A DNA stretch of 64,000 bases, from the NCBI GenBank assembly GCA_012295275.1, contig CM022671.1, forward strand, positions 7,626,001 to 7,690,000, given 5' to 3'. The notes below the pieces were generated by a model. That model had not been told where the DNA came from and did not search any database. It saw only the letters and a list, made by a program, of their open reading frames with translations. Both the position numbers and the translations under genes were made by a program. Source of the stretch: Chrysomallon squamiferum (Eukaryota; Animalia; Mollusca). Shown here one piece after another: positions 25,132-39,199 of the stretch; position 1 is the first letter of the stretch, and each line of letters opens with the position of its first letter.

Positions 25132-27167
25132 TATATATATTTGTAAAATATTTTTATTTAAAAACGTGAAAGAGAAGAAAACATTGTGTAATAAAATCGA
25201 TACATGTCTTTATGAATGGAAAGCTATCGGATTCTCAGAGAGAATACACGGTGCCTGAAATTGTAAGGCATTAAATACAGAGATTTCCTGTTTTTCACCA
25301 GTGTAGTCTCATATCTTAATACAAAGAGCCCCGGGCTGCATTGCAAAATATATTTTTTTTTTAAGTCTTCTTCCGACCTTTAATAACGACAAAATTAGTT
25401 TCCAGTTCTGCAATAACAGCTTTGAAAAAAAAGAAGTGAAAATGACAGAAGAAGGCTAAGAATTTAATGTGTGGTTTTGTAGTAGTAATAACACTGGGTT
25501 TAAAAGTTTAATAATGAAAATTTTAAAATAATTTATTTATTTATTTTATAAATTATTGTTGTTTTGTTGTTGTTTTGGGTTTTTTAATTATTATTGTTAT
25601 TGTTATTCTTGTTGGTAGGGCTTGTAATAATTTATAATTTCAGTCTGCTTATTCATACCTCTGAAATTTTTTTATTTTTTTTTTATATTTGAGCTGTTTT
25701 CATTCTTTCTTTTTATTTTCTTTTCTTTTTATTCTGCAAAATATATTTGTAAAAAGTCTTGTTCTGACCTTTAATAATCAGTTTCCAGCTTTACAAGTTT
25801 TGAAAAAAGTAAAAATAACAGAAAGACTAATAATTCAGTGAAGTTGTAATAAAATTGGGTTTAAAATTTTAATAATGAAAATTTTAACTATTGACTTTTT
25901 AATTATTTTTTTTTTTATTTTTTTTTTTAAATTATAATCTTCAATCTGTTCCTGCTTCTGGCAAAAAATTTCTTTTTGTAATGGAACTTCTTTTATTACT
26001 TTTTACTTCTTTTTTTTAAAAATCTTAATGGTTTTCTTTATTCTCTTTTTATTTTATTTTATTTTATTTTATTTTTTTTTTTTTTTTTTTTTAATTATTT
26101 CTCCCAATTTTTTCTAATGGAAATGAGATTTTAAATTTAATGCCTAATAAAATGTATTTTTGAATGACCTATCAAAATTTAAATTACATTTTATTACATA
26201 ATAAAATGGGTGGATATACTGGCATGGTGATTAAGATTTTTCTCAACACATTTTTATTTTTATAGAGAAATCCTGAATTACTGTTAAAACATATGGTTAT
26301 AAGAGTTGTGTGTGTGTGTGTGTGTGTGTGCATCAATGTGTGTGAGTCAATGTGTGTAAGAGCATGCTAACTTGGTATGTATGTCAAAAAAAAAAAGGTC
26401 TTTGTTTCTAACTCACTTTGCTAAAAATTCTATTAATAATATGGATTTACAGATAACATACTTTCAGTGGGTCTGAGAAATAGCAAAACATATTTTTATT
26501 TTTTGTTTTGTTTTTTATATCCTATAACAGTGATTTTTAATGAGTTTGGCTTTATTACTGTTGTTTTGAATGGATTTTCTGTTTTAATTTTGGGATTTAT
26601 TTTTTTATATTTTAATTACAAAATTATTATTAAACATTATTTACATTACAAATTTTATAGACATAATTGAGTTAAAATTAAAAATTTAAATTTCAAGATA
26701 ATTTTTAACAAATATTTTGTATCTGTTATATGAAAAAAATTCTATTTACATTTTATCCCTAAAAAATGTTTCAACTGCTATTTTTGCATTTGTTTATTAT
26801 TATTTTTTTATTTGTTAAGGTTCTGTATTACTTATTACCATTTTTTTTTTGTCAGCTCTGGTCGTGTCAAAAAGTATTTCATTTTTTTTAATTTAAATTT
26901 CCTCATTTACTAAAATAATTTTCATCTTTATATAAATCTTAGATACTTTGTATGCAATAGTGTATTTATTGTACATTGATACATACATTTTAAAATATAG
27001 GAGATAACTGTTTCAAAATTAATGTTATTGAAGGGATATAACTCCTGTTTTACAATTTCTGATAGGAGCAAGAGTTACACTTTTTTTTTTTTTATTATAC
27101 CTTAAAAAGTTTTCAACAGTTTCCTACAAGTTATTGTTATGTCTATCTATCTATCTATCTGTCTATA

Positions 27168-27237
<70 letters not shown>

Positions 27238-30200
27238 TATATAGTAAATAGATATATTTTTTTCACATTATTTAGCTACTTGCAAACACAAAAATACAAA
27301 TTCAAATATTTATTTATTGTTAAATGTTGTATTTTTTTTTTTTAAAGTATTATTTTCTTCAATCCAGATAAATGTATTATTGGAATTAGTGAATAAAATT
27401 AGGACATTGTTTATCTGCACTGAGTTTATATTTTTATTTTTAAATTATTTAATTTTTTTAATAAATTGAAATTTATAAAACATTAAATGATAAATCATTA
27501 TTTGGATTAAAGAGGACTAATTTATTTTTAATATAAAGTGATAATAATATATTATTAATGAATTGTAGTATTTGAAACAAAAACCAAATTGTAATAAATT
27601 AATTCTGCTTTAATAAGGTAACTGAGTGCAATTGAAGAGAAATATTTATAAATTATCACAAACTTTAAACATTCCTTAATGCTGATTTTTAATATTTGAT
27701 TAATAATGTTTTTGCTTTTTATTATTATTATTATTAACATTATTACTACTACTTATTATTTTAATTTTAAAGAAAAATTATCTATAGACATGGGAGATAA
27801 CTGTTGTTTGCATGTTCCATTACTAAACTATTTTGAAATACATATTTTATTATGATCAAATTAGTATTTGCTGTTCATTTCCAAACTAAATTTATAATTA
27901 TTAGGTCAGAATTTCATTTATAAAATACTATTAATGATTGTCAAAATTGTCTGAAAAGTTTTTGGAAGAAAATGTTCTTAATTTTTGGTTATTTTTATTT
28001 TTGCTTTTCTTTCTTTTCTTCCTCTTCCTTTTATTTTATTTTATTTAAATGAAATTTTAAGTTAGCAAAAAAATACTGATATAAATTGATGTTAAAATTA
28101 TTTCTTTGAGTTAACATTTCTTTTCATCCAGTAAAATAATAATTTTCTTTAAAGTATTACTGTATTTTTAGATACATCGTAATGTAATTATGTAATTTTA
28201 TTGAATTTATTCATGTATATTCTTCAGAAAGATATAAATAAGGATGTTCATAAAGCTTAATTTGAAGAATGAGTAACATCTGGTATAGCTATACTAAAAA
28301 AACACACATACATTTCACACACATAGAATACTTATTTTAATATTAATTTAATTTAAAGGAGTCTAAGATGATGAGTCTGAATATTTTGGCCTAAATGTGA
28401 TTGTTGATATCACGTTTTGATTTTGTTCTTCATAATTACATTCCTTCTGTTAATAACAAGGTAATATGAACTCTGTTCTTCAGTGTTCAGAAACTAAATG
28501 ATGTGAAATTAAATTGCCATAACTTCTTTTTAGGTAAATGTTATTAAATACTCTTTAATAATGTTTGACACATGACTGAAGTTCTTCAGGATATATGCTT
28601 AGAGTGATTCATTTGTGTTGTTGTGGAGTAGGAAAATCAAAACACATTTGCTGAATTTCAGAATTTGTAATTTAGTTTGTATACACTAATACAGTAATAA
28701 CATTATCTGTGTGAAATATTTACAATTCCAGGAACAACAGTATATAAACATGTAATAAATTGTTTCACTTCCTTTCTTTATATATTGATTTTATAAAAAT
28801 TTTAAACTTTATTTGAGTCCTATATCTGAATCAATTCATTTAAAAAAATGCTATGAATGATGTAAAGGGGGATAAACACACTGACATGATTTAGTTGTGA
28901 AACTGTTAAATTTGCAAGCCGTAGCAACAAAATATGCTTACATAACATACATACACAGATACACATGCACACACATACATAAAATACTTCTATAAGTATT
29001 TTACCAAAATTAACTTCAAGGTGAAGGTCATGGAAGAACTTGCACTAGAGACCGCCTTGGTAAAGATGTTATGGGAGATTAGTTTGTGAACTTCTGTCTG
29101 ATTGTTAAAGAGATAGATGAAGAAAGAAGTATTTTTTCATCTGGTTAGAACAGTGTTTGTTGCTGATGATGTATTGATTTTATCTTAAAATCTTGTATAC
29201 CAGAGTTAAAAAAATATATATACTTTATTATTAAATGTTACATGACACATGTATGTGTGTATGTGGTCATTGTTTTCTTTTGTTTTCAATATATATTTTA
29301 GGTATTTATATATATATATTTATTTATTTCTTTTTTCTTTCTTTCCTTATTTTATTAATACTTTATTTGTTAATTTTTAAATATTTTTTTATTATTATTT
29401 TTTTAAATCTTTAATTATTATTTCTTAAATTAATATATTGTTATTGTTGTTATTTTGACCTATAGTCACAGGTTTTAAAAAAGAGACAAAAAAGAATTAG
29501 CATAACTGATTTTTAAAGATATGTTACTGAGACTGATCATTCTGTAAATTATACTTGAACAGAAAGTTGGTTATGCCAAAATATTTGTTATGCACATATA
29601 TATTTATTTTTATTCTTTTAATTTGGACTGTAAATGTCATGTTTTATTTTGCAGTATATGACATACAGTATATGGTATTAACCATTATTTTTATTTTTAC
29701 TTTTATGAAAAGATAAAGGTCTTTTGGCTATTCAAAAAAGTGGGAGGAAATAAAATGTGAAATGTTGATACAAAAAATAGAGAAAAATTTTTATTTAAAA
29801 AAAAATAAAGAAGAAAGAAATAATATGAAATTATGAAATCTTCACACACACAAATGTAATGAAAACCCTTGAATACTAAATGTATGAATATTTGTTTTCC
29901 TGATAAGACATCTGTACAGTTTCCTTCAAATATATAGTATTTAAAAAATATTTATTACCTTCTTATCTGTGGTTATACAGACCAGAAATAAAAGGGATTT
30001 AATAATAATAAAATAGTAATAATAACAACAGAATTCAGATTATGTTGGCACATGAAAGGAAAAAATGAGGGGAAAAAAATGAAGAAAAAGAAAATAATAT
30101 TTACAATTTATTAAGAAAATTAAAAGAAAATAATTTACTTAATAATGTAAAATAATAGAGCAAGCAGCTGTGCTTAAGGTGAAGGTTTTTAAATGGCAGG

Positions 30201-30827
30201 ATTTTGTAAGTTAGCTGTGTTCTGTGCTTCACACTTTGATTTGCATAAGCATAAATATGAAAATTTATAAACATTTATATATTAAAAAGTTGCATTTGGT
30301 AAATATTGTACAGAAATGCTGATTGAAAAGTGAATATACATATTAATATTGTAATAATTTGTTGTTCCAGATTCTTTGATGGTATTTTTTTTTTTTTTTT
30401 TTTTTTATTTTATGTTATTTACTTCATATTTCTGATACCTTTTTTTATTTTATATTTAATTTTTTTTTTTTTTGTTCAAAGCATTACATGTTACATCCTT
30501 TTTTAAAAATTTATAATTTTTATCATTTAGTTTTCTTTTTTTATTATTATTCTTTTTTTTTCCTTCATAAAATGAGAAAAATATATATTTCAGATTTTTA
30601 AATCTTTGGATGGTTTCAGCCAATATGTTTTTTGGTTAACATTACATTTTTGTTATTTTTCTGTTAACTTTTTCTTTTTTTTTTTTCTTTTCTTTCCTTT
30701 TTTGAAATGACAAAATAGCTTTTTTTTTGCTTTTTTTTTTTCTTTTTTACCCTGTTTGAATAGTGTCTCCCAAATTTATATTTCAACCATTTGTATTTGA
30801 TATTTGAACAGTTTTATACAAAAAGGA

Positions 30828-30859
<32 letters not shown>

Positions 30860-32841
30860 GTTTTACCTGTGGCTCAATTCAGACGTATTTTTTTCATTTA
30901 TTGAAGGTGTAAAGTGCAGCAGTAATGAAAAACAGCAACACCACAGCATGTTACAGAACCAGCTTATTTGCTCTTTGTGTTTGCTTGCACCCTTTAGTGC
31001 TTGGGTTGTGAGGTTAGGGCCAAACTTCATCGGTAGCTATTTGATGTGTGATTCACAATATGTTTGCCCTTATGTTATTCATAATGTGAGCTCCATGCAG
31101 TCTAACAGGCTACCCATTAATACCACCACAAGTGTCACATACCTTTATACAATACCATTTCAGTAGGTCACTAGCCAAGGAGGTCTTTTTATACATAAAG
31201 AACTATCTAAATTACCTTTTTTCTTTTTTTTTTCTTTTCTTTCCTTTCTCTGTTCTGTGAGACTAGTGTACATAAAGATCTGTACTGTCTCGTAAAAATG
31301 TCTTCTGAGAAACAAGATCAAACAACGCAGTGAGTTATAAGTGTACATAATTACAGACTTCACACCGGCAACATGTGAAACGTTTTTGATGAATTTACTT
31401 TTCTCTCTCTCTTCTCTTTTTTGAATTTATTTTGTATTATAAATTTTCAGCAGTTCTGTGTTCAGAGGACTTTTCAGAAAGAAAAAAACATACTGATTTA
31501 TTAAAAGGTCATATATACTTAACAATATTCTGGTGTTTTTGAAAGATCAAATTAATTTCTGATAATCTCAACAAAAAAAACAGCAAAAAAAAGTAGTTTA
31601 TTATGTATACAGCAGTTTTCTCATCAGTTATCTGAGTTTTGTTTTAATTATTTTTGGAAGTTATTTTAAATCTCTATTTCATTTCTGCAAGACACAATTA
31701 ATTAATATGCAATGAATATTGCATCTGCTACCTTGCATCAATCCAGTTACTGTAATTATATTCAATAATCAAAAGATGTATCACAATAATGCTCAAACCT
31801 AAACATTCGTCCACATGAAGAGAATTAAATTTAATTCAAACCTTTATTGACAAATGCCAAGTTATTTTTTTATACGTGCATGCTCTGTAAACACCTAAAT
31901 TACAGACTCATAATGGTAATCTTTGATGTCAGTGTAGGTTTATTTATCAATTCTTTTTCATCACAGTTAAAAAAAAAAAAAAAAAAAAAAAAACCTGCAA
32001 GAACTGTCTAATGTAATTATTTAGAAGTTATTGTTTAAAAATAAATGCAAGTTTCGTAGACTTGCAAACAAGAAGAAGGCAGACAGAATGTTTGTTAATA
32101 CAAGTGGATCAAATGAAGTTTGATTATTCCAATAATTAAGCCAGGAAATCAAAAAGTGATGGAGAAAGGACATAAAAAAAAAAAAAAAACGATAATGGCA
32201 GCCAGTGAATATCCAGTTTATTAAGAGCTACCCATTCAAGCATTTTCTAACAACCGAGAAAAAGAAAAATAGACCACGCACTATTTAGAATTAGAGATAA
32301 AAGCATTCACAAAATTAATTGGATAACAACCTACATATCTGATGCAAATTTTTTATAGATAATTAAAGAGAAGCTTGCTGGCTGTTATATCATTCAGAAA
32401 TAAAAAAGAATTTCTAAACATATTAAAATATTCTGCTGACACGATGTCAGTAGCAAGCATTTGGATAGAAAATTTTAATCTTAAAAGTAAAAATGAGAAA
32501 AAAAAAGTGTTATAAAAATTTGTCTAATGTGAATGATAAAACAAGAAAGTTTATCAAGAAAATTGTTGAAATTTCTGTAGCAGTTGGTCTGAACATATAA
32601 TTTTAAAATTTTTAATCTGAAATGTAAAATGAAAAAGATGTAATATTAAAAATTATAATTTAAATGATAAAACTTGTATCATGTGTCTTGATATGATCAC
32701 TGATGTTTCAATGGCTATTAGAATAAAAGTTTAGGATGAAAAGTTTGTTTGAAAAGGAACAGGTAACAAAGAAATCGCCTGATATGAATATTCTTGAACA
32801 GAAAGCAAGAACATTTTTCTATTTTCTTTTCTTGTTATTTT

Positions 32842-32872
<31 letters not shown>

Positions 32873-35169
32873 ATTTAATTTTAATTATTTATTTATAGTT
32901 TTAATTTATTATTATTTTTTAATATATTTTTTGTTTTGTTTAAGCCTCTGTTTCTTTTGATGCTGTGTCAACAGAATTTGCATGTAATAAAAAAATTTAA
33001 TCTGAAAAAAAGTCAGTGACCAGTATAATATTAAAATGTCCAATACATGCATGTAAATAATAAAACAAAGAGTCACTTGCTAATCGGACTGACTTTTCTA
33101 AATGTCTCATTTAAAATAAACAAGAGCAAACAACACAATTCTGCTGATGTGAATCAGTAACAATTTGAAACTGTTCCAAAAGCATACACTTTATAATGAA
33201 AAAACATGGAAGTGATAATAGTGCATCTGCTAACTCGACATTTTCTTGTTTTGTAAATGTTTTTTTAATTGGAAATAAACAAGTCTTTGACTACACAGTT
33301 TTGATGATGTAGTATCAATATCACTGGCAGGTTAACGATTTTAATTTGAAAATAAATACCATATCAGAGCATGTAACATATGAGCCATGTAACCACGATA
33401 TAAGTGATAGTAAAACAAGGACCAGCTCGCTAATCAAACCTCAAGTCAGAAATTAAAAAAGCAGCTTCTAACTGCACTGTTATATTGATGTGGTATCAAC
33501 AGCAGTCAGTTTGTCACGTTAATCTCTCTTTTTTTTTTTTTTTTTTTAAACAGCAAAAAAAAAAAAATGAGGAGATCATGTGTTAAAGATGAACACCTGC
33601 CTTAAGTACAACAACAGTTAACTTAGCATGAAGTTTATTTTCCCTGTGAGCGGTTATGTCCTGCCCAGCGCTGTCTTGTACCGTCTGACAGTAATCTAAG
33701 CAGAGCGCCAAGTGCATCTTCTGCAGCTACGAGCACAGAATGGGGGTCAAATTACGACCACCCATAATTATCACTTGGTTGACCCACCGTCCTGTCTGAC
33801 CTTCCTATTCCTGAGAGGAGCTGCCACAGAATGTTGCCTCTGCACAGGTGTGTACTTCTGTGACCCAGCCCCGGTGATGGGATTAATTTATTTGAGGGTA
33901 CTTCTCATTTACTTGTTAGCACAACAATTATCACGGCAAGAAATTTGTTAGACACCCTCCACTACATACGGTGTAGAAAATGTATTGCGTTGAAAAAAAA
34001 AATAAAAAAAAAAAAGAAGAAAAAAAAATAAAAGAAATGAAAGTATATATATTTTTTACAACAGTGACATATTTTTTTTTTCTTAGATTGCAGATTTTCA
34101 ATGATTTGCATAAAAAACAGCTGACAGCTGTTATAAGAACATTTGACGTTATCTAATGGAAAAGCAGTAACAACAAAAATGTAAAGATTATAATATTTTC
34201 TTTCAGTGTAGCTCAAAAAAATGTATTTGGATATGCTCGTGACAACTACTGACCTTTTTTTAAAAAAAATTTTTATATTTTATTTATTTTTTCCTTCATC
34301 ATCTTTTTCTATCTCAGTCATAGCGATTATCTATAAAATTTGCAAGATTAAATAGGAATTTATTACATACTAATGTCTCATTTTTCTCCCAAAGTTACAG
34401 TTTTATTCATTTTTAAATGTTTTGAGAGAATCTTCACATACTAACAGTATTATGATATATGTAGATAGATATTCATTTTATAAATAAATTTTCATGGTGC
34501 CAGCAAAGAACCATTAGTGCACTCAATATATTTTGAGATTTGTGGTAGGTCAAATAAAAGTTACTTTTTAACATTTAACAACAACATGAAGTTAATTTTG
34601 TGTTTTAATTTGTAAATAAATACAAGTTAATTATTGTAAAGCATTAAATTAGCATTGCACAGACATTTTGGTGCATGTACCAAACATTTTTTTTCTGATA
34701 ATATTTTTTTTTTTTTTTCCAAACAACAACAAAAAAGTATGGTACAGATCAATGACCTTACATACATCTTCCACATGTGCATTTATTTGTCATGAAAATC
34801 AATAACAAACTTTTCCTACAAAACAAGAAATAAGGTCATTGAGAATATCTGATATCAAATAAATAGCTGAAAGTTAATTTGAAATAGCTTTGCATAATGT
34901 ATTGAATTTATATATGCTTTGATATAAACACAGTTAAAAAAAAATAATAAAATAAAATAAAAATTAAAAATGTAAATTTTATGCTTTGATTCATTTTTTT
35001 AAGTTGTCAGTAATAATTAACAAATATTTTTTTAATTATAATTGGAAAAAAACGTTTTTAAAAAATGCACATTTTTATTAATTTTGATTGCTGTTTATGG
35101 AGTCAAGGTTTTATTTGCATCTCTGTTTATGAATACATATTGGTTCTGATGAGTACTAAGTAACTGTGG

Positions 35170-35222
<53 letters not shown>

Positions 35223-36691
35223 GGTGGGGTTGCATCTATTGAGGAGCATAGGTGTATGTATGTGGATGGGTGTTTTAAAACTGAATACATGGTGATTAAA
35301 TATTATTTAAGAAAATAATAATGAAAAATATTTGAGTTCTATAGTTTTAGTCTGAGCCAGTTTCAAACACTGTACATTAACATGCAGCTAACATTTTACA
35401 CTGCTTTATTAAAACGAACACTGGACTATGATTAATTCATCCACAAGCACTTGAAATGTACTGCAAGGATGCCCACATGTGAATAAAATCAACAAATATG
35501 CCAGTTACAATAATCAAGTCACACTGAAAACAGTTTTTGTTACATCTAAACTGTTATTTTCATAAGTATGCTTGAAATAAAACAAAGTTGGATTATAAAT
35601 AATTAATATATTTAATTACTATTTGTGTTTTTAGTTCAGATACTTAATTTAATTAACTGTAAATATTATTTATAGTTACTACATATGATTAATTTTATAT
35701 GTCACATGTTAGTATTTAGTTTTTAATTATTTATTAGTTATTCATTCTTATTTATTGGGTATATTGAGTGCAGTGGGTTTGTTCTTATTATTATAGTTTG
35801 GATTACATATATATATTTAATTATTCTTATATATTCCATGTACTGAGAACACAGCTTTAATATATTTTAATTAGTATGTATACCAAGCAGACTGAAAGAA
35901 AGATTTTGGTCACATAGCTTTAGAATGAAGGTCCTTGGTCTCTTTCTAGATTTTTTTTTTTTTTTTTTTTTTTTTGTATACATATATGAAGTAAATTTGG
36001 AATTGGAGGATTCCTATAGATTTTTGGGTGTGTGGAAATCCATATGGTGTCTTATGAAAATAGCTTAATTGATACTCCTGATTTGCTGTATGAGTAACAA
36101 ATAGTGCTAAGTAATTTCCCTGGGTTGTCAAAAAGATAACATTGCCAAGAGCCACTGCTAATTTTCTAGGGATTTGTATATAAACAGAAACACACTGGAA
36201 TATCAAAACACCCAGCAAAAACACTTCTCCACATAGGTCAGAGTGTCCTAGTTGCATGAAGGTGAATATTTACCATGTATGACCAGGTTGGAACTGGGCA
36301 AAAACATTTACTTTACTTATCTTTACAACTTTTGTTTTAAGGAATAGCACCACACATAATGAGGAAAAGAAAGTAGAGATGGGTGTTAATAACTTTTAAA
36401 CACTTGGTCAGCAAATTGCAACTGGTCTTTCAGAGAAGTTCCAGTAACTTTTCTAAATTGGACAGTCTGAAAATTGTTTAGTAAGGCAGTAGATACCAAA
36501 TGTGAGATAATTTTTCAGAAACATCTGATTTGGAGCAGTCTCTGAGTTATCTTAGTACAGCTATGATGTTCTAACATTTCCACTAACATGTTAGAAGTCA
36601 TCATTAAAAGATGAGAAATTGTATAAATGTTTTTATTTTATTCATTTATATTTTGTTATTATTAATTAAAAGAAAAGATTTACATACATCA

Positions 36692-36723
<32 letters not shown>

Positions 36724-38535
36724 GCATGCACGCCTGAGCGCACACACACACACACACATATGTCCTTAACTCAGATTTTTGGAGGGCATATTATTCCTCA
36801 TTTTCAGTAACTCTGACAGTGTCTGAAGATCTATGCAATATTTTATGGGAACAGTGTCTAGAATGGTTTAACCATAATATATCACTGGCTGTTCTCCTTT
36901 ATCAGTCTGGTTTATCAAAGGTCATGTGTGCTTTCTGATCCATGAGAAGGTGCATACAAAATATCCTAGTTGCTAATTTATAAAAATAAATATTAAGGAA
37001 AGTAAAAATGCTTTAACAACAACAGATTTTTATATATAGTGGTATAAAAATCTGTTGTTGTTAAAGCATTTTTTACTTTCCTTAATATTTATTTTTATTT
37101 TTATATATTGTGCTTAAGCAGTCCTATGTGTGAGTATTTTTTTTTTTTTTTTTTTTTTTCAGCATTTTGACAGATACAATATTTCTTTCCTAAAAGAATG
37201 TTGAAACTGAAAGTACAATGGTTAAAAAAAAATCACAAAAAAACTTTTACATTTGTTGTAATGTTATTTTTATAAAAACGTGGTAAGAATTAATGTAAAA
37301 TGTCATTGCGTACACTGTCAGATCGATAACTAGTTTTAGAAAAGAAGGCAGATGTCATTTTTGACTTGACTGTTTTTTCACCACTGAATAGAAGTCAGTG
37401 TTCACAAGTTGAAAAACTATTTTAATGAAAAGAGATTTATTTAAATATATTAATGATTTTCACAAAGCTTTTGTCAGTATTTATTCATGATTCTAAAATG
37501 ATTATATTTTTCTGATGTCAGATTTTGTTTTTAATGCGCTTTTTATTATTTATCTCTGTTTTTGTTTTTTCATGATAAAAACAGATAATACATTAAGAAT
37601 TAATCAGTTACTTTTTGTTATGAATCATAGAAAATGTCTGCATTTTATCAGTTATTTTTAATTCTCTCCATAAAATGAAAATTTTCTCACATTTAACAGA
37701 ATAAGTCATTAAAAAACTAAAAAAGACAACTACTGACATTAGAATCAGTAAATTATAATACATTTTTTAATTAGTTAGATTTATTATACAGTTATTTACT
37801 CGAGCTATTTCACACATGCATACACATATGCATACACACATGCACTAAAACCACTTTGTCTTTGAAGAAAGCAATTTACTGTTCAAGTTCAAAATATATT
37901 TACTATGTAGTACATACAACAGATAGGTTCACAGGTGTAATATAAAGTAAAAAATGTTGGGACTAACAATAAGGATTCAATAACATGCTTATATCTGGTT
38001 TAGTAATAAAGTATGAGTGTTAGCTGTGTTCATATTTAAACTGGTTTAACCACTCAATTAATGCTTTGACATTGTGATACACATGTATACCTTTATTCAT
38101 TACAAGTTTGGTAAATATTTGTTCATAATTTTTTTTTTTTTTTTTTTTTTTTATTAAGGGTACAATCATTAAAATACTTCGATATGAACTTGTCAGATGA
38201 AAGTGTAATTGCAAACTGGTTTTGTCTATTGAAGATGTTTGTCTATTGGATTTTCTCTATAAAATATCTTACTTATATTTATTCTAAAAGTAATAAATAT
38301 TTAATCAGAGGTTTTATTCAAATGCTTTATAATTGTTTTTGTTATATCTGCAATAATAAGTAGTAGCTCTAACAGCAAAATTGTAAAAAAAAAAAAAAAA
38401 AAAAAATCCCAACATAAACCGTAATAAAATAAAATAAAATAATAATAATAAAAGTATGTGTGTGTGTGTGTAATGGATCCATCTTTAAACATCTTTTACA
38501 AAACATTTAAAGGATTTGGGTTAAAACATTTTCTA

Positions 38536-38596
<61 letters not shown>

Positions 38597-39147
38597 AAGA
38601 TTGCATGATGATAACAAAACATTCTTAGAATTAGATATGTTATGTACTTAACTGAAAGCTCATATCATTATTTCAAATTTATCTTGACTTTTTTTCTTTT
38701 CTTTTTTTGTCATTTATTACATCATCCATCTTTAAATTTTCACATGTGAAAAGCACTCACTTGAAAGCGATGCTTGTTAGTTTGGGGTTTAAAGCAATAC
38801 AGATGTTTCATGACAATTATTATGAACATGCATTTAAGCCTTCATTATTGCCCTCTAGTTATAATTACATCACAGTACGGCTGACATGTAAATGAGTTGC
38901 TGTACTTTACATCAATATATCCTGTTATAGATTATTATGAAACTTAGCACTTTAATATGTGAACTAATGCAGAAACATTTTAATCGTTTGAGTTACAATA
39001 TTTATGAAATCTTCAGTGGGAAATAGGCTGTTTAGTTTTCCAGTCAGTTGTGTGATAAAACTTGTCAATTATGTTTTCTCCCCTTTTACTGTCCCTGTCT
39101 CTCTTTCTGTCTGTTTTTTCATTCACATTTTCAGTTTTTATCTACCC

Positions 39148-39199
<52 letters not shown>

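Noticed and set aside
30804-31166. 120-aa ORF in intron 2
   Set aside because: Starts in poly-T, has no frame-compatible acceptor/donor pair and no homology
32430-33530. Repeat-spacer-like arrays (also 43380-44100) considered as CRISPR-like
   Set aside because: Repeats are degenerate, spacers are related to one another, the context is a eukaryotic intron, and there are no cas-like ORFs
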